64,000 nt of DNA from Azolla caroliniana (GCA_043228905.1 JBHGNT010000004.1:22134001-22198000), one strand, 5' to 3'. Positions 25,917-39,789 are shown, numbered from the stretch's first letter. Notes: a model not told the origin generated them from the sequence alone. Translations and numbers: made by a program.

Positions 25917-26400
25917 TGTTACCGGCCGGCAAGGAGTCCAAAATACGGAGTGAAGGAATTAATTATATATGGTTGTAAATGAGGATAGTGTGGACGGACG
26001 GACTGGAAACGGTATGCCGTTCCAGATCCGGACGGATCCCGAATAGGTGCGAGAGGCACCGTTTTGTACTACGGGCCGGAAACCTATTTAAAGGCCCGGA
26101 CCCCATTGTAATAGCAGCGGATAATTAATAGAGATTATGATGTTTATACTTCTGTCTTGATTTCCGTTCTGTAATCACTGTTATATCTTACGCGTGTAAT
26201 TAACCAAAGCAATCTAATCGTGTAACCTACGTAAGTCGGTGTAATCGTTGAATCTTAATCCTATGCCGTAATCACCCTTTGGTGAAGTGTCTCCGTGACA
26301 CCTTGTGTTAGGCCTTGTCCGGCTAAACGAATAACACCTTTTGGCGACCACTAAGGCGACCCCCCTTTGGAAATGGAGTCGAAGAATGATACGCGGATGT
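25917..26400 (+). mobile_element. LTR (25917-26336) and tRNA-Arg-type PBS of gypsy family B, truncated
   Basis: TGTTA...TAACA termini, a TATTTAAAG box, and TGGCGACCAC at 26342. Confidence 0.7.
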
Positions 26401-28880
26401 GCAAGCCATAGCAACTAAGTGCAAGAAATGGCGAAAAGCGAAAATGACAATGAAGATGTTGGAGGAAGTTTATGGAGGAATGCATGAATGACAACAATGT
26501 TTGTGCGAGGTTGCGATTAATGTCCATGTGTGTGTTTCCGAAAGTGGTTAGCGACAATGTGCGTGTTCTCAAAAGTGTGGTGCAAGATGCACGGCTGGAC
26601 AAACAACAACACAGAGGGAACCGGTGCCAGCACAACCGGAAAGACAAGCCCACCAGGAGACTGCGGAGAAAGTCGCAGTGTGTGGAGCGGATACCGGCAG
26701 GATGTGCTGAGAATGCACGGGCAATGGTTCCAGAAGAAGAAACGCGCAGACAGTCGGAACCGGAATCGGAACCAGAACCCAAGTCGGTTAACACCGAAGG
26801 GTCAAAGAAGACGGAGATGGAGATGCAGACGCAAACCAGACATCAACCAACAGCGCCAGAAAGATACGGCCGGATGCACTAGACAAAGGCGACCAAAAAG
26901 ACACAAGACACAATAGGATGGGACAACACAGACGGACGGACCGGACACGCAACCAGAAGACAACAGGGCCGACAAGGCCAACGAGCCAGACATCTGGAGA
27001 TGGACCGGACAGACATGGCTAGTTGAGCTAGACAACGGAAAAAGCGGCCAGAAGGGCCGGAAACTGGTCGAAATTGCCGGACAGTGGCTGGAGCAGCCGG
27101 ACAAGGCCGGGGAAGCAGACAGGCCCCCGGGACGACGGACCGGACGCACACACACGAGCGGAAGACGATGGATGGTGCCGGACGATGACGGAACCGACAC
27201 GATAGCGACAACGATGGCCGGAATACAATGACGACGCCGAATGGCGGCAGAACGTTCATTGAGAATGACGACGAAAAAAAAAAAAAAGAAGCTACGAACA
27301 GCAGCGAAAGAGAAGTCGGTGTGGTTGGATAGGAGTGGAAGAGCAGTCAACTACATCCAAAATGGCAACACCGACTGAGATGGAGGAGAGGCCGGAAAAG
27401 CGTCAGCCAGAGAGCGACCGAAGAGCCATCGAAGGGGCTGGCTGGAGTGGCCGAACGGTATCAAAATCGACGCAGCCGGACCGGACGGGCAAAACAAACG
27501 CACGAGGCCAGACAACGGCCAAGACAGAGACCTAAAGAGCCGGAGACCTCAAAAAGTTGTGGCCAAACCGTAGGTTGAATAGCGGACAAGACGCAAGACG
27601 ACCACGACGGAAGGACAATGATAGATAGTGACAACGGGAAGCGGCTGCCGGACATCCAGCCGGAATGAACGGGACTAAAAACAACGTCGAAGTCGCGGCC
27701 GGATGAAGTGGCGGTGCCCGGACGGGCCAAATAGAGATGGACGGCAACGATAGAAAACTGATGACGACAACGTTGGACATGCCGCCGAGGGGCAGAGGAA
27801 GAACAGCAAACGATGCCTACAAGGCAAGGATAAAGAGGAAGCAAGCAAAAGCAAAAGACTGTGAGAAACAGAGAATAAGAAACAAGAAGAAATAGATTAA
27901 GAAGAGAAAGACAAAAGAAACATGGATAGACAGAGAAGAGACAGAAGCAGAAGAAGGGAAAGAGAAGAAGCAGAGAAGAAAGAGGAAAGAGAGGCAGCAG
28001 TGGCATAAGAGAGAAAAAGAAGAAGAGAAAGAAGAAAATCGAAGAAGAGAAAGGCATAGAGAGACAGACGCGAGCACGAGAGAGACAGAGATACAAGAGC
28101 AAGAAAAAGAAAAGACAAAAACAGAAAAATGAGGGAAAAAGAGAATGATAAAAGAGCATCCAAGAAATTTCTAAACAATGGGGGCATCCGACAAATTTCC
28201 AAAAACCTGAGGGCATTGTCAAAATTTTAAAAACATAAAGGGTATTTACAAAGATTTCATAAACATAAGGGTACAATATAATTTTTTTAAAACAAGAGGG
28301 CACCACTAGAATTGTGAAAATCCCCAAGACTACTCACACACACTCAAAACAAAGGAAAAACACACATTCATACGACATGATTTTAGACCCATGACGAAGT
28401 TCGTAAGCCGACAGAACGAGAATGTTTGTGTCGTAGAAAGATTTGCTGACCGACAAAGAGGTTCGAGTCAAGCACTCCGATCGAGGGAGTCGATTGTTGA
28501 AGAGACCGATGGAAGTTCCGGTTGAAGAAATATCATCATCAAGGCATGTGGGATCGACGTGCAAGGCACTTTCCCACGGGCGTGCCATATTGTGTTACCC
28601 CGTACGAGATGTACGGAGAGTCAATGTGATGAACGAGGGTCAAATGTTATCATGATGATTGTTGTGTGTGTGTAGGGGGCATAAATGTAATTGTGAGTCG
28701 ATACGTATGTGAACACATGCACATGTGTGTGCATGTGGATGGATACGAGGAGGTGTGAGTGAGTGTCCAGTATGAATCCTCTAGGGGGCTTACACCCCTT
28801 TGTATCTACCCCCTCTTGTACTATTTAACCCCCTTATGGGGAATGAATGAAAAATGAATCATTTCTCTCTATCTCTCTTT

Positions 28881-28915
<35 letters not shown>

Positions 28916-29199
28916 CCTCAACGTTGAACCCCCTTGGGAGGGGGGTGGAGCCATTCTAGGCACCACCCCCCACCCCGCAATGCTTCTCTATATGTTCTCT
29001 CTCACCGTCATACCATTCACCATCTCCACCATTCTACAATGCTTATCTCCATCATCACAACGATGGGCAATGATTCTTGATGCACGTCATGATCTCTCAC
29101 CATCATCATCACACATACATTATCAATCTACCATGATTGTTAACCCTATTCCTATATTTATCATTATCATCATTAACCCTAATCCTAAAACCAATAACA
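26400..29199 (-). mobile_element. Gypsy family A (Tat/Athila-like): 5' LTR 29199-28593, PBS and long non-coding leader
   Basis: The LTR has TGTTA...TAACA termini. The PBS TGGCACGCCCGTGGGA (28587-28572) is tRNA-Arg type. The leader is pyrimidine-rich and no gag is recognisable. Confidence 0.7.
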
Positions 29200-29369
29200 A
29201 GGATACCGAACCAGCAAAAGAAGAAGTAGAGGAAGCTGAAACCGGAACCAGCCAAGACCCCGAATCGGATTCAGATGAAGAACAAATAGAGGAGTCGATT
29301 GCCAAAAGCCAAAGACAGAGATATCCTCTCAGAGAGAGAAGCCCCCCCCGAAGATTTCCGGATGCAGAG

Positions 29370-32300
29370 TGTCATGATATGGCAAGACTCGAACCCATGA
29401 CCTTATGGTATATGGGTCGAGCTCTTGACCATCACACCATCTATTGTAATTCATATTATTTTCATTTATGTTTTATTATAAGAAAGTAATGTATATTCCA
29501 GATTTCTCTGGAACATTCTAGAAGTTTCAGGATTACTCCTAACAACACTATAAAAGAAGGCACTAGGCATTATGTTGAACCAAATTGGTTCAAACTGTCA
29601 AGAATAGTACTAAAGCAGAGATGGAATTAATACTAAAAAGAGTAGTACTATTAGTACTAAGAGGACGGGACTGCGTAAGATTCCCGAGAGAGGAAGTGAG
29701 AAGAGGAGAGAGAGAGATAAGGATGATGAGAACAACTAATATATTATGTGAAAAGATAAGTACAAAGCGGTTGAGAGGCTTAAGACTGGCGTTGAACCAA
29801 TTTGGTTCAACATAATGCCTAGTGCCTTCTTTTATAGTGTTGTCAGGAGTAATCCTGAAACTTCTAGAATGTTCCAGAGAAATATGGAATATACATTACT
29901 TTCTTATAATAAAACATAAATGAAAATAATATCCTATGAATTACAATAGATGGTGTGACGGTCAAGAGCTCGACCCATATACCATAAGGTCATGGGTTCG
30001 AGTCTTGCCATATCATCACACTACTCGAAGGACTTCTAACTCGGTGGGTGACAAGTTGTAAATTGGTCCCCATGGTGGCTCGGTTCTTGGTTGTAAATCG
30101 ATGGGACACTCATAGGGACGGTGATGAGGAAGGGTACCGGCTTTTACCTTGTCAAATACATCGGCATAAGGATGATATTTTGCCGGAAGTTGTACTGAGG
30201 AGTCCTTCTTAATAGTGTTGGAAGGATGTACTGATATTGCAAATAGGAACATTGCCTCCTTGTGTCCTTCTTCGCGTAATTGATGGAGTGAAATGGTCGA
30301 AACTCGGTGAGTAGATTCTTGGGGTGGTCGATATCGGACTTCTCTTGTTCTCCAATCTATGGCTAGATTATGTAATTCAAACCAAGGTAATCCTAGGACA
30401 ATGGGATGCTCTGGACTACTAATTATATTAAATGATATTACACACACAAAACTACCTAGGACAACTTGAATGGGTTCTGATTCTTCTACAATATTCCCGG
30501 AAGCAATGGGACGACCATCAATGACTACTACAGATGCGGGACAAGGAAGTTTTCTTAGGGATATCTGAGAAGCTTGGGCAAAATTTCGATCCATGAAACA
30601 GGAATTAGCTCCGGAATCTAAGAGTGCTAGGACGGGTACTGGGGGAGTACTTTTAGTACTAACAATGACTTGGGCTAGGAACACATTGCTAACTTGCTTG
30701 GAAGGAATGGAACACTAATGGGATGTACAGATCTAGGGCTGTTGTCCAACCAAACGACTCCTATTTTGGCTGGACTCAATCGTTTAACTCTTCATCTAAT
30801 TGACTAAGGATTTCAAATTTGTTTGAGATACTTGGGCTATTAGTACTATGAATACTATCTGACACTCTATTAGTACTATTAATACTATCAAACACTCCGA
30901 AGGGAAGAATTGACTTGGGTTTAGTACAAGCGACGATTTGATTTACCTGTCTTCTTGGCCTATGGGGACAATTGATGGCGATATGCCCTGGTCCACCGCA
31001 ATAAAGACATAATCGATTGGCACGTCGTCGTTGCTTTTCTTCTTCCGATAACGGGCCGCGTCGACGCATGGTGTCGATCTCCATCGGTGTCGGAATATTG
31101 GCTTGGGGTACATCGCGTGCAAACGGTTTAGCCGTGACTGAGGCGTATGTGGGTTCCGACCGAGAGCGTGGTATTTGTAACTGACGCTCCGAACGCCGTT
31201 CGAAAAGGCGGTTGTCGCATCGGACCGCTCGACTGATTGCCTCCGTAAGAGACTTTGGTTCTTCAGGGAAGGTTAAAAGCAGATCTTTGACATCATTGCG
31301 CAACCCGTGGCGAAACTGCTCCATGAGGGCCTGATCATCCCAGGGAATATCTGAGGTGAGTAGACGGAAATCCGCCGGGTAGGCAGAGGCTGGACGATCG
31401 CCTTGACGCAATCTTCGGATCTTGTTGATCGTCGTCCTGATGCTGTCGGTATCTCCAAAACAGGCTTTAAACTCACCAATAAAATCTTCAAAGTTATTAA
31501 GCAAGGGTATTTGTTTTTCTAGAAGCGGAGCGAACCATGCCAAGGCTGAGCCGCTAAGTAACGTGCCTATTAGGCCGACTCGAGATGCATCAGTGGGATA
31601 TCGGGAAGGATGCATCTGGATGACTAAGCGTACCTGATTAAGGAATCCCCGAAATTGCGATCGCGTTCCATCAAATTTCACAGGAAGTCCAATCTTGGGC
31701 TCTTTATGAAATCCTTGGGGACTTGATCCTTGTTGTTGCAATGCTGCTTCGAGTTGTTGTACCCGTAATGCTAACTCCCCATGTTGTTGTTGCGTTTGTT
31801 GTTTTTCGAGAGCGATTTGTTGCAGATCCCCTATCAACCGTTGGTTTTCTTGTTCCAGGGCAACAAACTTTTCTTTTAGGCACTGTAACTCGGAGAAAAC
31901 GGATTGATATTCTTGGGCGCTAACAGTAGCCATAATATAGGGAAAAGGGTAGGAGGATGAGGCAGAACGAACAAACCAAACGCTGGAGCAATATCTCCGG
32001 TGTTTCCTGAGTTATCAACAGGACGATTGGGCCGAGATTCTCCACTTTGCGGAGTTTGCGTATAATAATGTTGTTCACTCCTCGACTCGAGTCTCCCCAT
32101 TCTACGCTTATACCGGTTCTCATCCTCGTTGGTCGGTGATCAACACCCTTGAGCTACCTACCAATCCTCGTGTCGGGGATCATTTGGAGAGACTACGCAA
32201 GATCCAGACAGATCTCTCGACTCATCTTCGTCATGCTCAACAGACACAGAAGACTTACGTGGATCGTCATCGGCTTCCCTCCTCTTTTGCCATCGGAGAT

Positions 32301-33182
32301 TGAGTATGGCTCTTACGTCGTCACATCAAGACTACTCGACCGTGCGACAAGTTGGATTATCGACGACTCGGTCCTTTCCATATTACGGGTAAACTTAATG
32401 ATGTCACATTCCGCCTTGATCTCCCTCCGCAGCTTCAGATACATCCGGTTTTCCATTGTTCTCTTCTTGAACCTTATAAAGCAAACACCATTCCCGATCG
32501 TGTTACACCACCGCCGCCCCCGTTGGAGTTGGACTCCGGCCCGGAGTATGAAGTTGCGGTCATCCTCGATTCCAAACTTATTCACAACAAACTTTATTAT
32601 TTGGTCGATTGGGTTGGTTATAGTCCGAGCGAACGCACTTGGGAACCCGTCGAGCATGTTGCCAATGCTCAGGATCTGCTTGCTGATTTTCGGACAAACC
32701 CGGTCCGCAGTCAGCACCGACTCGTTCCACTCGTCGTCTTTAAGGGGGAGATAGTGTCATGATATGGCAAGACTCGAACCCATGACCTTATGGTATATGG
32801 GTCGAGCTCTTGACCATCACACCATCTATTGTAATTCATAAGATATTATTTTCATTTTGTTTTATTATAAGAAAGTAATGTATATTCCAGATTTCTCTGG
32901 AACATTCTAGAAGTTTCAGGATTACTCCTGACAACACTATAAAAGAAGGCACTAGGCATTATGTTGAACCAAATTGGTTCAACGCCAGTCTTAAGCCTCT
33001 CAGCCGCTTTGTACTTATCTTTTCACATAATATATTAGCTGTTGTCATCATCTTTATCTCTCTCTCTCTCTCCTCTTCTCACTTCCTCTCTCGGGAATCT
33101 TACGCAGTCCCGTCCTCTTAGTACTAATAGTACTACTCTTTTTAGTACTAATTCCATCTCTGCTTTAGTACTATTCCTGACA
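29370..33182. mobile_element. Rearranged Ty3/gypsy chromovirus (Tcn1/sushi-like) with three LTR copies
   Basis: TSD CAGAG at 29365-29369 and 33183-33187. Parts in order: half LTR (+) 29370-29593; full LTR (-) 29596-30020; protease ALLDSGA (-) 30021-30684; gag (-) 30776-31933; integrase C-terminus and chromodomain YEVAVILD..YLVDWVGY..TWEP (+) about 31962-32740; PPT; LTR (+) 32755-33182. Confidence 0.92.
30776..31933 (-). CDS. Intact retrotransposon Gag (385 aa) with a CCHC zinc knuckle
   Basis: Motifs PVKFDGTRSQFRGFL, LSGSALAW, LRQGDR, PTPMEID and CLYCGGPGHIAINC. Confidence 0.88.
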   Translation of the reverse strand: MATVSAQEYQSVFSELQCLKEKFVALEQENQRLIGDLQQIALEKQQTQQQHGELALRVQQLEAALQQQGSSPQGFHKEPKIGLPVKFDGTRSQFRGFLNQVRLVIQMHPSRYPTDASRVGLIGTLLSGSALAWFAPLLEKQIPLLNNFEDFIGEFKACFGDTDSIRTTINKIRRLRQGDRPASAYPADFRLLTSDIPWDDQALMEQFRHGLRNDVKDLLLTFPEEPKSLTEAISRAVRCDNRLFERRSERQLQIPRSRSEPTYASVTAKPFARDVPQANIPTPMEIDTMRRRGPLSEEEKQRRRANRLCLYCGGPGHIAINCPHRPRRQVNQIVACTKPKSILPFGVFDSINSTNRVSDSIHSTNSPSISNKFEILSQLDEELND

Positions 33183-35043
33183 CAGAGCATGTGTTGTTGA
33201 CCGATGAGGGGGAGCCGGAAAGGTTCGAAGAAGCGAAGGATGACACCCATAGCCGCAAGTGGTTGAGTGCCATGCAGGACAAGATGGATTCCCTGCATGA
33301 GAACCACACGTATGAATTGGTGGAGTTGCCGAAAGGAAAGAGGGCACTCCGAAACAAGTGGGTGTACAAGTTGAAACCGGGAGATGCCGGCAACCCTCCA
33401 AGGTGCAAGGCCAGGATCATGGTGAAGGGGTTCCAACAAAAGAAGGGTGTGGACTTCGACGAGATATTTGCCTCAGTAGTAAAGATGACTTCCCTGCGGA
33501 TGGTGCTGAGCATAGCGGCAAGCATGGACCTCGAGGTAGAGCAGTTAGAAGTGAAGAAGACGTTCCTCCATGGCGACCTCGAAGAGGAGATCTACATGCA
33601 GCAACCGGAGGGATTTGTGAAGAAAGGGAAGGAGCACCTGGTTTGCCGGTTAAAAAAGAGCCTCTACGGGTTAAAGCAGGCTCCCCGGCAATGGTACCGG
33701 AAGTTCGACTCCTTCATGGTCGATCAAGGGTACCACAAGACGCAGGCCGATCACTGCGTATTTGTGAAGAAGTTCGAAGGTGGAGACTTCCTGATACTCC
33801 TCTTGTACATGGACGACATGTTGATCGTCGGACGAGACCAAGTCAAGATACAGATGCTGAAGAAGGCCCTGAACCGGACCTTCTCAATGAAAGACTTGGG
33901 TCCGGCAAGACAGATGATGGGGATGCATATCATCCAGGACTGGCAAATGAAGCAATTGTGGCTGTCACAGGAGAAGTACGTGACAAAGGTGCTTCAGCAG
34001 TTCAACATGTCATATGCGAAACCGGTTGGATTGACAGTTCCGGAAAATTGCAGGTTATCCGGTAAGCAAAGCCCGAAGGCGAAGGCAGAGAAGGCGGATA
34101 TGATGAAGATACCATATGCCTCTGCCGTCGGGAGCCTAATGTACGCAATGGTGTGTACCCGACCGGATATCAGATATGCAGTCAGAGTGGTGAGCCGGTT
34201 TATGAGCAATCCCAGCAAGGAGCACTTGAATGCGGTAAAATGGATACTCCGATACTTGAAAGGCACCTCAAGTATGTGTCTCTGATTTGGCTCCGGTAAA
34301 CCCCAACTTGACGGTTTCACCGATTCGGATATGTCGACTGATGCGGATACCAGCCGGTCAACATCCGTATATGTCATGATATATGCAGGGGGAGTTGTTT
34401 CGTGGCAATCGAGGCTGCAGAAGACGGTTGCGTTGTCAACCACGGAAGTGGAGTACATGGCGGTTGTGGAAGCCGGCAATGAAATACTATGGATGAAGGA
34501 CTTCAGAAGAGCTAGGGATCCGGCAAGAGGAATACCGGCTCTATTGCGACAGTCAAAGTGCCATCCACCTTGCGAAGAACGCAACGTATCATTCCAAGAC
34601 GAAGCACATCCAGTGGAGGTACCATTGGATTCGGGAGCGAGTAGAAGACCGAGAGTTCGTGTTGACGAAGATCCACAAGGTGCTAACGCCCAACAAGCTA
34701 GACGCATGCCGGAAGCGGATCGGATTGACGAGGCATCCCATGCCAGAGTGAAGGGGGAGTTTGTTAGGATCTCGGTCCCTCCGGATGGGATACGAAGGCC
34801 CGACATCGGAAGACCCGGTGAGAACCGGATGTGGAGTACCCAGAACCGGATGTTGCAGGCCTGGTGAGAACCTGTCACCGGATGAAGGGACATATATGTA
34901 GATATGTTTCTGAGAGCCCATTGGGGCTATATCTATAAATAGTCCTAATGTCATATTAGTATAAATATGACCTAGGGCAAACAATGTGTGTTGTTGTTGT
35001 TGCTGTTATTATCTTTGTATAGCGTAATTTGTGTAACGACTGT

Positions 35044-35092
<49 letters not shown>

Positions 35093-36150
35093 AATACAGA
35101 GCATGTCTCTATTGTAACCGCCACCAGGCGAAGATTGTGAGCAAGAGGTCGTTGCCTCTGTGCTCCCTGTTGTACTCCTTCACATAGTGATAGTTTGGAG
35201 TCTGTGGACTCCCGTGGTTTTTCCCTCTTAGGGTTTTCCACGTTAACATCCTATGTATTCTCTTTCTGTTTGTGTACTTACCTCCATCCCCATTTCTTTT
35301 GTGTTTGATTGTCATCAAGTGATCTACGCTTCGGTTGTGGCCGGAGATTATTCCGCATATTTCTCGTCATGTTTGAATATTGGGACTCTTTGTAATATTT
35401 TGAGATGTGAATAATATAAAAGCATTTTATCCCGTGTTTGATCTCCATTCACGTGTTCTTGTGTGTAATAACTCTAGTTATATTTTTGCGATATAACATA
35501 CAATGAATACTTTTTGAGCTCCAATTTGTCACCCCCTCTAGTTGAGATCAATGGTTGTGAAAATCTCAAGATTATACAAGATTGGACTAAGTGTCTTTGT
35601 CAAAGTCGACATGCTTCATCGAATGGGATGGGTATTCTCCGAGATCTCACTTGGGGACTTGTTGAGAATTTGGTTAATGCTCATGACAAGGTTTTTAAGT
35701 TCACATTATCCCACTATGCCAAGTCCAACTACTTTGGTCAACTTTCTATCCTAAACCTTAAACCCAATGTTGGAGGTATATATAAGTCTTAACAACCATA
35801 CAAATAACATATTTGGTAGGAGATGGCTCATTTAGAATGTTCTAGAATATCCTCTTGCCTACTTGTCGTACATGGATTAGGTAGGAAGAGGGAGTTCCAT
35901 CTCGAATATTCTCTTTGGCTTATTGACCCATATGTATGAGCAAGAAGTAAAGGATTCGTACACTATATTAGGGATTGTTTGAGCATTAATCCAACATTTT
36001 GGTTCAATGCAAGTTGTGAATCTCTCCAGTTGAATTATCCCAAAATGACAAAGTTAGAGATGGAAGTACGATCTCAACCCATCATCAACATTTATAAAAA
36101 CATGAGTAGTTGCTTAGTTTAGTGGGAAAAGTAGTAACAATAATAGTGGA

Positions 36151-36183
36151 ATATGTATATGTATATGTATGTATGTATGTATG

Positions 36184-36232
<49 letters not shown>
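36151..36232. repeat. (TATG)n/(AT)n microsatellite
   Basis: Read directly from the sequence. Confidence 0.95.
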
Positions 36233-36235
<3 letters not shown>

Positions 36236-39200
36236 TTAAATCAAACAGTGGGTGATGGAGGTATGGTCTCACCCCATCACCCACATCTAAAAAAGCAGGA
36301 GCAATTGCCCAATTCAGAGGGAGAAGTAGTTGTAGAAAAAGTAGAGCATATATAAGCTTGGGACATTATAAGGTTTGTGCAAAAATTAATGTAATCATTG
36401 TTGATCCATATTGTAAAGTTCTTTTAAGCAACCCTATTATGTCTAACACTCCTCCCTCTTAACACTTTAGTGTTAAAGTGATTAACCCATTTGACTTTCA
36501 ATATAATCAATTAACTAATTAAATTGGGACTTTAGTATATAAATTAAAACAACAAGAAGATATTGTCCTTTGTCGACCAACATGACACCTTACTATGCCT
36601 CTTGTAGCATTCAACTTGCTTGTGACTAGCTATCTAAGTGGTCATGCCCTTCAAAGATAGGATCCCGATAGGATGAACCATTTCCATGTGTCCAACCTCA
36701 ATAGCATGAAGTCAATCAAGTTGACTAGCTTTGGTGTAGCATACAAGAGTTGTCCTTTACTACAACCACACTAAGCTTTGTACCTAACCTTGAGAAGAAA
36801 ATTGTCGCAATGACCTCATTATCCACAACCACGACCATCATCATACCAATGTTAGAGGAGTGAGCCCTACAAAGATAAAGAAACATCAAGTAGCCAACTG
36901 AGTGTGAATTCAAAGGAAGACAAGAAACAAAGGTGCATGACTATGTTAGTGGGGAAGCCAAGATCAAGAACAAACTGCACACCAATCAATGTCCTTTAAC
37001 ATTAAGGAAGAAGCATGTGAACTAGTGTATGGTAGGGATCTCCTTATCATCACACCTCATAGGACGAAGTGGCTTGGAGAATCCACAAAAGAAGGCCAAG
37101 GGAGAAGAAAAACACAACAAAGTTGAAGGAATCCTAGTTTAGAACATGGCCTTTTGTTGATAATAAAGCTCATCCATTGTGAAGCATATTGTATAAATCC
37201 TACAAACATAGTAAAGAATAAAGAATATTGTTGTACACCATGCCGTGTGTAATGAGAGGGTGAAATGGAATAATAAACTTTACCATGGACACATCCTCTC
37301 AAGAGCTCCATGCATGTGTATTAGATAGAGGCAATTGCATGAAGGAGGTAGGACTTGTCTTGAGTCCCATGTTTTGTGCCACTAATAGGGCAAATATTTT
37401 ATTATTGGCATTGAACAATAATCGTACTTGATGAACTTATCCTTTCTAGTTCCCTTTTAGAAATTGCTACAACGAACTCTAATAGAAGGTTGAAAGCATC
37501 AACAATCCTGCCAAGGTGATAGTTTTGGCATGAAGAACACTCCAACCAACCCCAACATTTGATATTATCTTAACTTGATAATTGTTACGTCAAATCTGAA
37601 TAAGAAAGAAAATAAGCATTGTCCACAAATCAAGAAGCAACTAAGGATTGTTCGTGTGAGGAAGATCGATGAGAAGTGATCACATGGTGACTCATAACAA
37701 CAAGTGCAACTTGAGGAAGGGAAAACAATCTTCATGAAGCCCCAAAGGGCTTGGTCCTTAGATGAGAGGAAGGGAGAACACATGCATGAAGTGATGGAAG
37801 AAGGAAAAGTGAAGAATGTGCATTATGTAGACGAAAGACATAAACTAGCAACATCTTTTTGTCAGATCAATGATGAAAAAGTATAAATACCTTTCTCAAC
37901 TTGGATTTCATTGAAGGATATGGAGGGATGTAATATACTAAGTTAACTATGTGCACATGATAAGGTATGTGAAAATTGGATCCAATGTCTCCCAATGTTT
38001 TATCCATGATTGCCAAATCCAAATTTCATTGCAAGATTTCTTGACTCTTTAGTTATAGTCTCCATAAACATGTAATAATGACACAATGATACAGAACTTC
38101 TCATGTTAGCCATGACTTGAAAGAAGGGTTCAATCTCAATTCAAAAGTGATCCATGTTATAACATGTGTCTCCCATTGTACGGTTCCACAAAGATGTTTC
38201 CATGTACTTCAATGGTTAACAAATTTCCTCTTTCATTTGTTGAAGTCATTGCTTGACATTATTTGGCGCATCGCAAATTCAACTTGAATATTGCGCACTA
38301 TTTATTGTTGTCTATAGTGTGTCACACAACTTTAACTTTTTGAATGATATTTTGATTCATCGGTTGTAGTAAGGGAGTCAAAGCATGTGCTATCATATTG
38401 ATACAAGACAAGCATGAATAAAAGTAGTTGATCCGTATTAGTCAACTTGACATGGTGTTTGAAGGTGACCAAGCCTAAGGCTTATAATATTGAATGCCAT
38501 CAGCAATGAATGGAAAGTGATATGTCATTATATATTTCTCCACCTTAAGAGGATCAATTCACAATGGGTTTGTCAAAAAAACAATATTTGCTATATTCTT
38601 TCAAGTAGTGATGTAAACAATACTAGTCACCATAGATATTGGTGGCACTTTAAGTAAGCAAGAAGGTTAGGGATGAGGAGTTATACACTTGTTGATGGTT
38701 CAAGAATTTATAAGAAGATGGTGAAAAAACTTTATACTACCAATAAACAACAATTACCAATCCAATTGCACCAATAGAAAAAGCTGAATCCATTGGTTAG
38801 AATTGTTTTTCACCACCATAAATATTGATGTAACGAGGTCTTGTCTTTCCTTGCTTGGAAATATAACAATATTGTTAAGATAATCAACTATCTTCCAGAA
38901 GTTGCCAACACTTTTTTAATCTCCAAATACAAGTCTAAAAATTTGCTATAATGTGAATGATTTTCTTCTAAAGTTTATTTTGGCTTTTTTGTTTCATGTG
39001 AGGTGGTTAACAATGTGGTGATAAACGATGATATGGTAATAGGAAAAACATCATATATATTATGCATGCACATGATCAATCAATGGATGTTTTTGGCATC
39101 ATATACATATGCATTACAAAATAAATATATACATATAATTTTGTCTTTGTCATGTTGCACGCTACAACAATCTAGAATCTACAAGAAAAAATATATTAAT

Positions 39201-39789
39201 GTTTTTGAAAGGAGGTCCTTGTGCCGTGACATCTTGTCTCACATTGAAGTGAGTGCAAACTAAGTCATATGAAGGCAAAATGGTTCAGATGGCAAAGAAC
39301 ATCGTGGGTTGTAACATGTTCAATGTGTGCGGTTTCCCTGTTTGAAAAATGATTTTGTAGTTAGGTGCACCATATGTAGTATAATGGTGAAGCATGAGCC
39401 TCCATATTTTTCCCATGTCATGATACATATAGTGTTACAAGAAGGCCTCACTCATGGAGGAACTTTGATGCATCATAAAGCGTATTGTATCCTATCTTCT
39501 TAACCATTTTTTCATATTTTGTATCCAATTGGAATATTAAATATGGCTTTTCTATGTCTTTTGGATGCTTTTGCTTCATTTCCATACAATTCTAGGCAAT
39601 TGTTGTGACAAATTTCTTGAAGCTAATGCATGTATTCAACAACCCTTTTCCATGGCCATGATCTCAATGGGAGGTGATATTGTCTCAAGGAGGAGGGTAT
39701 ATGGTGTTTGTTTCTTGACTTTGAGAAAATTAGTAAGAAAACACTTTTGGAGATTTTCAAATTCTTTCTAAGCAAACTTAGAGAGAGAG

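Larger units (their letters stand above)
29200..35357 (+). mobile_element. Tnt1/Tork-like copia 3' half (linker, RT, RNase H, PPT, 3' LTR about 34762-35357), interrupted by a chromovirus
   Basis: The frame ...RRFPDAE / HVLLTDEGEP... rejoins across the CAGAG TSD. RT spans 33191-34285 (YGLKQAPRQWY, LYMDD). The PPT is GAAGGGGGAG. The LTR contains an (AG)n tract. Confidence 0.88.

Noticed and set aside
26351-28327. Several long overlapping ORFs, including a 288-aa F/L/C-rich one
   Set aside because: These are low-complexity translations of a purine/pyrimidine-skewed retrotransposon leader with no domain motifs.
24795-28723. Inverted 131-bp repeats as TIRs of a DNA transposon
   Set aside because: They are LTR ends with an adjacent PBS and TSD halves, so an inversion explains them better.
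35400-39700. Short ORFs and probable ancient TE debris
   Set aside because: Too degenerate to assign to a family by eye.
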